Source: Convolutriloba macropyga
Taxonomy: Eukaryota
Reading direction: 5' to 3'
DNA: 64,000 nt
Assembly: GCF_964194025.1 (NCBI RefSeq)
Contig: NC_134479.1
Coordinates: 41,912,001-41,976,000, forward strand
The notes below the pieces were generated by a model, which saw only the letters and a program-made list of their open reading frames with translations, was not told where the DNA came from and searched no databases. The translations under genes and the position numbers were made by a program. Positions within the stretch are counted from its first letter, which is position 1; each line of letters begins with the position of its first letter. Positions 24,799 through 38,178 of this stretch are shown in pieces.

Positions 24799-25456
24799 TT
24801 TTTTTCTATTTAGGCCATTTCAGCTAGATCTCTCGCCTTTTTTAGAAACTGCTGTTTTCCTGGAAAACTAAAAAAATTGATCAGGTTTTCAGAAATATTT
24901 CCCAATTAAAATCAAAAACAATAACTGTAATTACGTAATATTTGTCAATTTAATTCTCAGCAATAGGAACCAAAATTCCGAAATATTTGGATTACAATTT
25001 TCCGGTATATAACTCAAATGTAGCCGAACAATATTGAGGCCGATTTTTGAATAAGATGCACTCACCCCAAAAAAATTTCCAAAAATCCCCACAAACGATA
25101 AAACGCTGAATTAATTGATGAAGAAGAAATCAAACAACGAATGAAATATTATTCTTTTTTCTATCTTGAGGCAAAAGTAATTGTCTAAAATATGGCTTTT
25201 GGTAAATAATCTCTTTTTAAACGCTTGTTTTTGTATTAATAATTATGTGATTCAGTTTAAAAAGATTGTAATAATTTTGAATGCGAGAAGAACTGTTACC
25301 AGTATAATGGTGTTTAAATTTAGAACGTAAAATGGTTGATTGAGCAGCGAAAGGTAATTTAAGCACGTGCGTACTTTTTTCACCGGCTTACTTCAAAATA
25401 TCAATTGTGTGCATATACTTACAGCGGAAACGCGCGTATGGTGGCTATAACTGTGT

Positions 25457-25656
25457 NNNNNNNNNNNNNNNNNNNNNNNNNNNNNNNNNNNNNNNNNNNN
25501 NNNNNNNNNNNNNNNNNNNNNNNNNNNNNNNNNNNNNNNNNNNNNNNNNNNNNNNNNNNNNNNNNNNNNNNNNNNNNNNNNNNNNNNNNNNNNNNNNNNN
25601 NNNNNNNNNNNNNNNNNNNNNNNNNNNNNNNNNNNNNNNNNNNNNNNNNNNNNNNN
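25457..25656. other. Assembly gap (N run)
   Basis: N characters. Confidence 0.99.
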
Positions 25657-27856
25657 CTCGTTTGATAGCTATACTTGGCTGGAGAGCTGAAGCCTTGAGA
25701 AAACAAGAAAGAACAAAAGAATGGGTTCTAAGATATGCTCAAGTTCGTGAGCTTAAAACCAATAGTGTATTGGGAAGGCTATGTTTAGACCTCTACTTTT
25801 GAAAAAACTGGAAATTCTAGTAATGGGGGCTTTATTGACTGGAAACAAAAACGGCCGAGTTTCCTATTTAAAGTCGAGGTAAAATCTTTTCATAGGTTGA
25901 GCATGGTCTTCCATTGGTCGAGCAAAAGTATTTTTAGAAGTTTATTGTGCAATTTTTTGCAGTTGTTTTGTTGCTTTCTGCTTTGGTGGCTTCCACTGAA
26001 GCCTCAATGGAGAAAAAACTACACAGCATTGCACCAGAGCTACACAGCATTCCAATTTATTCCCCAGCTGGAAATGCGCTACTAAGTTTAAGAATTTTTT
26101 CGTATTCTTAAATTAGGTTAAGTTTTCCGGCTGCACTATTTTGCCAAGTTAAACGATAGAACGAAAATAGGTTCACTAACTGTAATGGTTCTTTTCCCAT
26201 TAGACTTGAAAACAGTTTGACTGTTTTTAAATGTTTTCCGTTCAATTTTTTTTAACATTGTCATTGAACAAAAAATATGATAACTTTGTCTAATTATTGT
26301 TTCATCGGAATTGCAACCGTTTAAGGGAATATTTGCTCATTGCATTATCAGCATAAGTGAAAATCATTTTGCATGTAAATGACGAAGATCAGCCAATTGA
26401 ATAAATTTTCCTGTGCTAATGTTTCTGGTCAAAATTAAGTCGAGCATCATTTTTCGTTCGATTGATAGTTGGGCATTGAACTAATGTCGAGCTTAAATCC
26501 AACAGGAAAAATTAGGTACAGCTAAAGTCAAGATGACGATAAAATCGAGCTAGAATTGAGCTAAAGTGGGGTCTCATGTTTCAATTTAGCTTTGGAATGC
26601 TTGATTTGCAATCCTCGGCCGTGTTTAAAACAATATGTCAGATTAAAAGTTTTCAATTATTTGCATTAAGCTCACAAATTTTGGAGGTTAAAACAAAAGA
26701 CAGGATATTTTCGAAAATGTAAACTATGGACTAAGTATTGGTAGAAACTGAAAAAGCTTAAGCCCTCAAGTTTTTTCAAATTCGTGTTCCCAAATTTTGA
26801 TATATGTCCTAAATACCACATCACACCATCGCAAAATCTTGTACACAGAGGTAGCAAATATTTTTAATTTCTCGTCACAATTCTCCAGAAGGCTTAAAAA
26901 TGTCGTTACTTGCATGATTTAAGTTAAAAGGTGCATTTCTTAGATTTGCATTGCTTTGATATTTTTTCACAGGTGCAAAAAACACTGTTTTAAATTTGTA
27001 CCAACATTAAATTTGTACCAACAAGTTTACTTTTGCTTAGTTTTGATCGGCCAATAGAGAGTATTTCTTCTAATATGACTTCTTTATTATAAAAACGTTA
27101 GGTTCAATAAACAACGGTTTGTTATCACTTTGTCAAATGAGACATCGTCTAATGAAATCTAAACACCATGTAAATTCTACTGCAGATCCTCTCAAATTGA
27201 GAAAAAAAAGCAAAACCTGAACATAGGAACTATTTTGCAAAAATTATGTCTTTCTTATCCCGTCTGCATATGAGTGGGTCTTGCTCAGATCACCAACGTT
27301 CAAAACTTAGTTATCACCGCGAAACTTGGCATGAATTCTGTTTTTACTCTTTGTTGTTAATGGATCCATTTAATTGGTTAACAATGCATTGATTAACAAT
27401 CCATTGATTAACGGATCAATTAACCATGCTAGTTGCTTGCCAGTTATCAAAACATTTATTTGTAGTGCTAAAATGTCTGGCATTTTTTTATCGCCGACAA
27501 AACTTTCATAATTTTCTGAGTTTATGGAGCTATTTTTTATTAGGCAGTTAAGAAAATTATGCAAGAGAAACCAATCTGTACATACACATGTTTATTCTGT
27601 AATTGAATTACAGCTGACGATATTTTCTTCAACTTGAACCCTCAAAGAATTACTTTATCAACTGCTGACTTAAAACTTGACGCCCTTAAAGTAAGTATGC
27701 TTTCAGTGATATAAATCATAAAACAAATTGAGAAACCTAATCTTCATTCTTTATGCTTCGCATTAAACTTCGCATAATTCAAGTTCTGCAAAAACTTCGC
27801 TCATTCCAATTAGTAACTTAAATTTATTCTCGCGATAGCATAAATGACCTTCAGAT

Positions 27857-28075
27857 TAGTTTTTGAACTATATCAACTTTAAAAGACTAAAATTTTAGTT
27901 TTCCGAACAACTTGTGTTGAAATGATGCGATTTTAAACTCCTGCGTGTTTGTCCTTCACATTTTGACCTTCAACGCCCTCGTCTTTTTTGTTTATCATCT
28001 TTTTTCGTTGTATAGAACATTATTTTACTTTGATTTAGCATTGATCAAACCGCTGTTTTGCGAAACCATGACCTT
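27857..28075 (+). repeat. ~215-bp direct repeat, second copy at about 30075-30292
   Basis: ACTATATCAA..AAAAGACTAA..TTCCGAACAACTTGTGTTGAAATGA...GCGAAA.CATG.CCT occurs at both sites. Confidence 0.85.
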
Positions 28076-28576
28076 CAAAATCGGGACATGTTTCCTTTTC
28101 CCTTTTGAAAATTTGCCAGCTGATGAATAATATTATTATCTTTTAGTTTTGCTACATTTAGAAATTAATTTTCCGATTTTTGGTTAGAGCCTCTCTGACT
28201 CCCATAGTGTATACCATAAACCTCCAGTTATGTTAAATAATCATGTCAAATATTAAAATAATCAGTTCAAATCACAAAATTGCAACGCAAGCGAGCTTTC
28301 CGTAAATTGCAGACAAGCAACTGAACATCAAAAACCTCATTTAGAATGAAAACTTCTCATTAACCTCAATCTATATTATCCTTTTTTCTGAAAGTTTTAA
28401 AATTGAACTTCGACCTTTGAACTAATTTTGAAACGTTTGATTCCGTTGCCAACTTCATCGGGCATAAAAATTACAAAGCTGCCCTGAAATCACTGAAATT
28501 CATGCCTGTACCATAGCGTGTCCAATAAAAATGAAATAATCGGACGTTTCAAAAACACAGTCCTTCTTGTTCAGAC

Positions 28577-28810
28577 CCTCTTGAGGGGGGAGGAACTATA
28601 TACTCAAATGGGTTTTTTTTGCTCAGACAATTTTGACCGATCGATATATTCATCGTACAGAGTTGTTAGCGGTATCATTAAAAAGCCCGTCCAGCGCAGA
28701 ATATGGAATTAAAATGATTTTTTGGAGTTTCGTTTTCTAGAGCGAGTTAGCGTGGTATAAATTTTTGTGAATATTAGAACAATTTGCCGAATTTTTACTC
28801 ACATTTTCCG
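28577..28810 (-). repeat. Dispersed repeat fragment; longer opposite-strand copy at about 39000-39410
   Basis: GGAGGAACTATATACTCAA..CAATTTTG.CCGA.CG.TATATTCATCGTA..CGCAGAATA matches the reverse complement of 39170-39385. Confidence 0.7.
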
Positions 28811-28811
28811 G

Positions 28812-31800
28812 AGTTGAAGTTTTTGAATGTTCGAAAAGCGCCAAAAACATTCAATTGAGCATACAAATAAGCAACAAAGAGGCTCGGTAATTTGCATTTG
28901 CACATGAAGTTCCGACCCCGCACATCACATTTTTAGCACAATTGTCTATCAAATGAGGAACAGATAAAGCAACCATAAAATTGTAGGATTTTTCAAAAGA
29001 AAACTGGTGTATGGACAAGAAGATTGCTTCCAACGCAATTAATCCGGTAGAATAAAACTCCGCACTAGATTGATGCGTTCTGCCATTATTATAAAGGCAA
29101 GGCTAGACGAAATACAAAAGCAAAAAGCAACAATAAACATTAATTACACCCAAAACTTGATGTCCAATTTAAAAAAAACTTAATTAAAAGTCAAGATAGC
29201 GTCAATAAATCTGAAACTAAAGAAAATGACTTGTGTTTAATTGGAAAAATATCGGACCCGTCCATATTAAAGCTTGGTAACAATTAGACAGAAGAAAAAA
29301 AATAAGCAAAGTTTAAGAAAAAATTCACTTAAAATTTTTCAAAAGAAATAGTTTCAAAAGTAAGGAAAGCCATTAGATATCAACTGAAAACAACTAAAGA
29401 ATTTGAAATGGCCTTAGCCTCTAAGGGCTCTATAGGAGGGCATTAATACCTGTCACTATTCAATTTCCTATGCTGGTACAAAAAGAACAACAAAGAGAGA
29501 CAAAAAATAAAAATCAATTAAAATTTGCGAGAAAAAGCCGTCGAAGCCGTAAGGCATATTTTGCCCCCTAAAAAATATTTGGTTGCACCTTCTTCAATAA
29601 ACCCAAAAATGAGGTATGTGACCTCTCATTAATGAGATTAGGCAGCAATTAGACAAAAAAAGAAAAAAAGTAAGAATAAAGAAATGCTTTGTATTTATCG
29701 AAAACAATTATTTTCAAAGCAATGAAAGCCATTAGCTATAAAAATGAAATAATTAAATAGGTAAGTTTGTTCGTCCAAAGGAAGTGCTTTAGAATTTTTT
29801 TCAGAATATGCCTTACGTCAACAAATATAGACAAAAATCAAAAATTTGTTCACTTTTTTTTGCGAAAAACACAGTGTCGAAGACAGTAATTTCATAACTA
29901 GTTCTTTAAAAATATTAGATTCTGTACACTTACACCTTCCCTTGATAACAGTTTTGCCTTAGGTGTCCTGTAATTAACGAGGCTAGGTAACAAATGGACA
30001 AAATGTACAAAACTGCGAGGTTGAGGTGATTTTTTTTATTATTGAAAACAGTGGTTTTCAAAGTCATGAAAGCTTAGTTTCCGTACTATATCAATTTTAA
30101 AAGACTAATATTTTAGTTTTCCGAACAACTTGTGTTGAAATGAAGCGATTTTAAACTCCTGCTTGTTTGTCCTTCACATTTTGACCTTCAACAACCTCGT
30201 CTTTTTTGTTTATCATCTCTTTTCGTTCTATAGAACACTATTTTACTTTGATTTAGCATTGATCAACCGCTGTTTTGCGAAAGCATGGCCTGTTAACAAT
30301 AGTACTGTTGATTTTATTTCAAAATACAAAAACAATTGTTGACGATTTTGCTTTAATTTTTTGCCAAAATAAATGGCTAAATATTTCAAAATTCAGACTT
30401 TTTCATCAAAAATTGTCCGAAATAAGCTACTTTAGTCCACTTTGATTAAGTTTACCGGAAGTACACACCCAAAAACAACTAAGATAATCTTCTTAGACAA
30501 CATTGGGAGAGAGGGTTATTCTGTCTATTGAATTAAAATAGAACCTTTTTTGCAGTTTTACGCGTTAAATTATGGTTTTTTGGCCTTGATACTACTAGAT
30601 TTCACATTTTTTTTCATTTTTGGGCGTTAGCTCATTTTCACGTTTTTTTCTCGTTTTATCTTGTTATCTTATTGAAGACAGTTCACATATTACATTTTTG
30701 GTGTTCCAAAAAAGAATAAAAAAACAAAAAAGCCTTTAGAGGCATAGATTAATGTTTTAATGGCTTCAACACCCCTTTCTCGAAGACTTTTTTTTCGTTT
30801 GTCTTTAAATAATGGTTTTCGCCGTCTTTTTAAGCGCATGAAATTTTCGGGACATTGGCAGTTCTTTTTGCTTTTCTTTAAGAGGAAAAAAGGAGCCTAT
30901 ATTTGAATTTGAAATGATAGATGATTGCTTTCATGACTTTGAAAACAACTGTTTTAAAAAAAAATCACTTCATCGTCGCATTTTTGTACAATTTTTCCAT
31001 TTGGTACCTAGCCTCGTTAAATATCGGTCACATATGACAACATTGTTATCAAGGGAAGGTGTACAGAGTACAGGGCAAAGTGTACAGAATCCAATGTTTT
31101 TAAAGAACTCGTTATGAAAGTACTGGCTTAGACACGGGTTTTTCTCAAAAAAAGTATACTAATTTTTGATTTTTGTCAATATTTTACAATCTTTTTGTAG
31201 ACGTACGACAGATTCTGAAAATATATGTTCTCAAGCGCTTCCTTGGGACGAAAAAACGAACCTTTTTAATTATTCCGTTTTATAGCTAATGATTTTCATG
31301 GCTTTGAAAATAATTGTTTTCGAAAAATACAACGCATTTTTTAATTCTTCCTCCTTTTTCTTTTTCTAATTTCTGCCTAGTCTCATTAATGAGAGGTCAC
31401 ATACCTCATTTTTGCGTTTATCGAAAAAGGTGCAACCAAACATTTTTTAGGGCGCCAAATATGCCTTACGGCTTTGACAGCTTTTTCTCGCAACTTTTAA
31501 TTGATTTTTATTTGTTGTCTCTATTTGTTGTTCTTTTGGTAACAGCATAGGAAATTGAATAGTGACAGGTATTAATGACCTCCTATAGAGCCCTGAGAGG
31601 CTAAGGCCATTTCAAAATCTTTAGTTGTTTTCAGTTGATATCTAATGGCTTTCCTTACTTTTGAAACTATTTGTTTTTAAAAATTTTAAGTGAATTTTTT
31701 CTTAAATTTTGCTTATTTTTTTTCTTCTGTCTAATTGTTACCAAGCTTTAATATGGACGGGTCCGATATTTTTCCAATTAAACACAAATCATTTTCTTTA

Positions 31801-32203
31801 GTTACAGTTTTTTTGACGCTATCTTGACTTTTATTTAAGTTTTTTTTTAATTGGACATCAAGTTTTTGGTGTAATTAATGTTTGTTGTTGTTTTTTGCTT
31901 TTGTATTTCGTCTAGCCTTGCCTTCTTAGCCTTGCCTTCTTAATAACGCATCAATATAGTGCGGCGTTTTTTATTCTACCGGATTAATTGCGTTGGAATT
32001 CCATACAGCAATTTTTTTTTTGAAAAATCTATAATTTTTTGGTTGCTTTATCTGTTCCTCATTAGATAGACAATTGTGCCAAAAATGTAATGAGCGGGGT
32101 CGGAACTTTATGTGCGAACGCAAATTACCGAGCCTCTTTGTTGCTTATTTGTATGCTCAATTGCATGTTTTTGGCGCTTTTCGAACGTTCAAAAACTTCA
32201 ACT
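28812..32203. mobile_element. Large foldback element: ~1.26-kb inverted arms (28812-30073 and 30927-32203) with a ~850-bp spacer
   Basis: Continuous reverse-complement similarity from AGTTGAAGTTTTTGAA..CAAAGAGGCTCGGTAATTTGC through CCTGTCACTATTCAATTTCCTATGCTG to TTTTCAAAGTCATGAAAGC. No ORF. A related fragment lies at about 37397-37490. Confidence 0.88.
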
Positions 32204-32476
32204 TTATGAGAGTTTTTTGAACAATTAGTTTTTCGAACGTGCGCATGCGTTTCAGAAGTCAACATAGGTCGATAATAAAACATGCGGAGATCTGGTCAAA
32301 CGATGCTCATTTGCATGCGTCGAGTTTTTCGAACGTTCGCTTGCGTTGCAACTTTATGGGACTTACTATAGCAGGATGAGAAGCAGAACAATTTTTCGAT
32401 ATTTTTTTAATCAAAAAATCTTTTAAGAAACGGCTGGTTGTTTTCCTATTTCCAGGAAACATTTCCGTGATTTCAG

Positions 32477-32644
32477 GGTACTGGAACTTTCGAGGACTTA
32501 TTGAGCCTATTCAACTAGTGCTGGAGTATTTGGAGTTTCCTTATGAGATCACGAAGTATGAATATTCTCAGGCTGGCGAGTGGTTTGACAAGGATAAGAA
32601 GAATTTGGGACTGGAAATGCCAAATATGCCATACCTAATCAAAG
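32477..32644 (+). CDS. Glutathione S-transferase, mu/26-kDa-like; first identified coding exon
   Basis: GYWNFRGLIEPIQLVLEYL...EWFDKDKKNLGLEMPNMPYLIK. Acceptor tttcag| at 32476 (alternative ttccag| at 32455); donor AAAG|gtagg. The ATG-bearing exon was not located. Confidence 0.88.
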
Positions 32645-35600
32645 GTAGGGATTTTAGCGGAAAAATAGTGAATTTTCGATGTCTTATTGGTTCTTTAAAC
32701 TGAAATTATCCATCATGTCTAGCCGGTTTCTTGTAAATGCTAGTGAAGCTGCTCTAATAGTACTCCAATAAAGCCTGCAATTCATTCATGGGAACCCGGA
32801 AAACAAAAAAAATGAATGAAATAAATTCGGTCTAACAGTCAAAGTTAATTTTGAATCAATTACAGAAATCTCAAAATTTTATGGCATTGTGCTTGAGTTC
32901 AATAGAAAAGCACTCTAATGCTTTAGATGCCTGGTATTGATAATTGGGGGCCAGTTAAATTCAAATGTAAGGATTTTTTAAAAACAAAGTATTTGCGGAT
33001 TTTTTTGAAAACTCGAATGAACCTTTCCCTTAATTAAATTTTTGTTTACGAAAAAGTAAGGAACCTTCAAAGACACATTCATAGTCCCTTAATCAGATAC
33101 TTTATGTCGTTTTTTCAGAACTTGCTTCTCAGTTTGCTTGGATGCACCAAAAATCTGTTTTTAAAAATTGGATTGACTTATTTTAATTTGCCCTTTTCCT
33201 ATCCAAGAAAATTAGGCAAATTTTCTACAGAAACTTAAAAAAAATTTTGACCGCGTGAAAACAAGAGATAACAAAGAAATATGTCAAACTCCGGAATACG
33301 TATTAATCGCGAGTGCGTACTTTAGTTCCGGAAAAAGAGCTGCTGAGTAGGCTCCTCAAAATAAAAAAACATAGCAGGACAAGTCCTGACGTACAATTCA
33401 AAGAATTTTCATTGACTAAACAGAAAAACTAGACCTAGAATGGACTATGAGTGAATTGAGAAAACCATTTTAGAAAAAAAATCAGATAAAAAATAAGAAA
33501 AAATAGAAATCAATGTCCAAATGCCTCATGTGAACCAAAAAAACCACTAGCGAGAAATGAAAAATTAATTCAAACAAAATACTAGGTCTAGAATGAGCTG
33601 TGAATGGCTTGAGAAAACCATTTAGAAAAAAATCCGATCCAAAAAATCGAAAAAACAGTAAAAATCAGAGTGAAATTGCCGAATGTGAACAAAAAACCAC
33701 TACCGAGAAACCGAAATTTTGTTCAAACACCGTTTTCTCACTCCACTTTAAAATTAGAGCGAAAAAAAATTCACGCCGCAAAACCACTCGCTTTTTCGCT
33801 CCATTTCCTGTTTCGGCGTGACAAAATCACTACTCCAATTTGACTTCAAAAATCATGAAAATGTGTGAACAGATCTTAAAAAAAAAGACAGCGCCCCAAT
33901 ACAATTCAAATTCTTTGAATTGTAATAGAGTAAATAGAGTACCCTATTTAACTATTTTCACACCAAAATTGAACTTAGTGCCAGCTGAAACAGAAACGCT
34001 GAATGAAAAATTTTGCACTGAAAAGATTTTATATTCTACAGTTCAATTTTAGAAATTCCGATTTTCATTTTTTATAGTACGGAAAAGCGGATTTCAAATG
34101 TTTTACTGTATCGAAAAAAACATACATCTGTGTTTTTCAAAAAAATTCAGTTATGCAGCTTGTTTTTTTCAATTAGATACCATTGTGCGTTATAGTTATC
34201 CAAATTAAAGATAAAAAAACATTTTGCAATCCAAATTTCCAGCTCTTTTTCAACCATCATTGAGAGATAGATAAAATTATTTTCAACGAAAATTTGCTCG
34301 CCAGTGCAAGCAAGTTCTTTATCTATCATACATTATTTATTATGATAGATAGAGGAGATTTTAGTTGAAAATTATTTCAACAATCAAGTAGAAACAGTTT
34401 CAGAAACTGACAGAAACACATTGAGAGACATTACCAGTCGTGTAGAAATGAGCAAAAGCGGCAAGACATTGCTTTTTTAAAAGTATTAAATTCAAACTGA
34501 TTAGAAACGTTACGCATCGAAGAAAATCATTGAGAGACTCTTTTATACCCCCATAGAGAGAGACTCCGGCCTTTCATTATCCAGGATATGTCATACGACT
34601 ACAAAAAGAAAGAAAAATATAGGCAAAATTTGCAGGAAAAATCATGCAAGAAAACGATGTCCCCCCAATTGTTAAATATTAAGTTGATCACTAAAAACAA
34701 TGAAAGTCTTCGTTTGCATTTTTTGCAGGTGACAACATTTCTAAGTCAAATGAAGCCCATTATTGTGATACTGTGAAAAGAAAACAAAAACCTACAAAAA
34801 AGGGGCAATTTTGCAAAAATCACGAAAATTGGTGTTCTGAAAACTGGTTGTTCCAAGAACAAACGCCATTTGAGGAAAACAAACCGCTATGAAAAGGAAA
34901 TTGTTTTTCAAAAGATAAATGATGTGAATTGTATATAGAGATCCCTAAAGAGAATCTCATTTTTTAAAAAAAAAACAAATATTTTCAAAAATCATAGCCA
35001 AAAAAAGTTTTCGACTAGAAAAGTGGACATTTTGTCTTGCAACTACTCGGAAATCTAATTGCGGCTGTTATTAACGAGAATAAATCATAAGACTATAAAA
35101 TAACATTAATTACATGCTGAACTAATAAGTTTCAAAAACAACTTTACGAAAACAGTTTTGAAGCCATTAAATTTTTAAGATATTATCCGCGAGAATATAA
35201 CGTCTTCATTTGCGTTTCTTTTGATCATTATTACATCTTTTTACAAAACGACTGTCACAAAATGACAACAAAAAGAACCATAAAAACTGATAAGTATCTA
35301 AATTTCACGAACTTCTTCTGAAACAAATTGTCTGAGCCCTGAAGACATCATTTAAAAAATTTAAACAACAGAAAAATTTCTGTTTGATTCAACAACAAAA
35401 TTGAGGCTAGATTACAAAAATGATACAACATTGTAAAGTACGAAAAAAACGCAAACCAGAACAAAAAGGGAAAAGTTGAAGAATACTATTACTCTTTTTT
35501 TTAGAAATTTAATTCGAAAGTCAAAACAGCCATCAGTTTTTTGCCAATAACAGTTATTTAAATTCATTTTTTAATCTATAGTTGGCCACTGAGACTTTTA

Positions 35601-38178
35601 ATTACACAATATTTGGCATATGACAACAAAAATTAGCAACAAACAAAGAGCAAAACTAAAACAACCTACCAATTTCTCCAAGAGAACGGTGTCGCAGCCC
35701 TTCAAAACATGTAATATATTAACAAAAATCATGTTCAGATTCAAATGTTCTAAAACTTTCTTCAGTTAGGTTGTTAAATTATGTGACAAATCAAAAAACG
35801 AAACAGAAACAACAGCGAAAATGGGCAATTATGCACAAAAATCAGAAAATTTTGTATAAAAACTCGTAATACCAAAAGCAAGAAAACCTACTGTTATTGA
35901 GCCTATTCAACTAGTGCTGTAGTATTTGGAGTTCCCTAATGAGATCAAGAAGAATGAACATTCTCAGGCTGAAGAGTGGTTTGAAAGGGATAAGAAGAAT
36001 TTGGGACTGGAAATGCCAAATATGCCTTACCTGATCAAAGGTATAAATTTTAGCGGAACTTTTCGAGGTGCTATTAGTTTTTAAAACTGAAAATTATCCA
36101 TCACGTTTAACCAGTTTCTCGTAAAAGCTAGTGATGTTGCTCTAATAGTACTCCAATCAAGCCGGGAACTCATTAATGGCTATCAAAAAATGCAAGAAAG
36201 AATTTGGTCTAGCTCTCAACGCTAATTTTGAATCAAATAGAGAAATCTCAAAATTTTACGGCTTTGTGTTTGTGTTCAATAGATAAGCACCTTTATGCTT
36301 AAGATGACTGGTATTGTTAATTGGGGGACGCGTTAAATTCAAATGCAAGGATTTTTTTGAAAAAGTATTTGCGGATTTTTTTTTGAAAACTCGAATGAAC
36401 CTTTCCTTTAATTAAATTTTTGTTTATGAAAAAGTAAGGAACCTTCAAAGACACATTCATAGTCCCCTAATCAGATACTTTATGTCGTTTTTTCAGAACT
36501 TGCTTCTCAGTTTGCTTGGATGCACCAAAAATCTGTTTTTAAAAATTGGATTGACATATTTTAATTTGCCCTTTTCCTATCCAAGAAAATTAGGTAAATT
36601 TTCTACAGAAACTTGAAAAAATTTAACCTCGTGAAATTAGAGATAACAAAGAAGTATGTCAAACTCCGGAATACGTATTAACTGGGAGTGCGTACTTTAG
36701 TGCCGAAAAAAAGCTGCTGAGTAGGCTCCTCAAAATAAAAAATAGAGTAAATAGTGTACCCTATTTAACTATTTTCAAACCAAAATTGAACTTAGTGCCG
36801 GCTTGAAAAAGAAACGTTGAATAAAAAATTTTGCACTGAAAATATTTTATATTCTACAGTTCAATTTTAGAAATTCCGATTTTCATTCTTTATAGTACGG
36901 AAAAGCTGATTTCAAATGTTTTACAGTGTCGAAAAAAAACATACATCTGTGTTTTACCAATAAATGCAGTTATGCAGCTTGTTTTTTTTTTCAATTAGAT
37001 ACCATTGTAAGTTATAGTTATCCAAATTAAAGATAAAAAAACATTTTGCAATCCAAATTTCCAGCTCTTTTTCAACCATCATTGAGAGATAGATAAATTT
37101 ATTTTCAACGAAAATTTGCTCACCAGTGCAAGCAAGTTCATTTTCTATCATACATTATTTATTATGATAGATAGAGGAGACTTTATTTAAAAATTATTTC
37201 AACAATCAAGTAGAAACAGTTTCAGAAACTGACAGAAACACATTGAGAGTAAAGCAAACTCTTGAGAAAAATTGAGCGACAATTGTATAGAAAAAGGAAC
37301 AACCAAAAATTTTTCTCACTGATGTTTTGCTGCGCTGAAAATGGGAAGGTTATTAATAAAGTCCTATTGATCGTATATTTGATTTTAGGTTCTAAACAAG
37401 GAGGCTCGGTAATGTGCGTTCGCACATTAAGTTCCGACCCCGCTCATCTACATTTTTCACTGAATTGTCTACCAAATGAGGAAGAGATAAAAAAATTAAC
37501 ATATCAACATATCGTTCAACTACTAAAAGAATAAAACAATCTGCTCTAGAGGGTCCATGCGACCTGTGGCTACCATAAAATGACTGTCAGAAAAGACGGC
37601 AATAAAAATCAAATAGTTAAAAATATTAATTACGACCAAAACTACTTGACCATTTTTCGAAAACCACTAATAACCAAATCAAAAGGGCATCAGATTAAAT
37701 TTATACTAAGAACATTAACTGGTACTTTTTGGAACAAAATGTGGGATCTTTCCTCAACGCGACTTGGCAACAAGTCGTCTAGAAATGAGCAAAAGCGGCA
37801 AAAGTTTATTGAAACATTTCTTTTTTAAGAGTATTAAATTCGAACTGATTAGAAACGTTACGCATCGAAGGAAATCATTGTGAGAGTCTTTTATACCCCC
37901 ATAGAGAGAGACTCCGGCCTTTCATTATCCATGATATGTCATACGACTACAAAAAGAAAGAAAAATATAGGCAAAATTTGCAGGAAAAATCATGCAAGAA
38001 AACGATGTCCCCCCAATTGTTAAATATTAAGTTGATCTATATATTCAGTTAGGTTGTTAAATTATGTGATAAATTAAAAAAGAAACAGAAACAAGAGCGA
38101 AAATGGGCAATTATGCACAAAAATCAGAAAATTTTGTATAAAAACTCGTAATACCAAAAGCAAGAAAACCTTCTGTTA
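32499..38178. repeat. Imperfect tandem duplication inside the GST intron (about 32499-35896 re-copied at about 35894-38178 with deletions and an insertion)
   Basis: Matching blocks: 32499-33370/35894-36745, 33928-34428/36745-37248, 34444-34690/37779-38038, 35761-35896/38044-38178. Confidence 0.85.
35894..36040 (+). pseudogene. 5'-truncated pseudo-exon copy of the GST exon
   Basis: Lacks GYWNFRG and the acceptor; GAG>TAG stop at 35920-35922; retains donor AAAG|gtata. Confidence 0.85.

Noticed and set aside
24854-24868. RFX X-box upstream of the ciliary gene KATNAL2 (GTTTTCCTGGAAAAC)
   Set aside because: Palindromic, but half-sites and spacing deviate from the GTNRCC-N(0-3)-RGYAAC consensus
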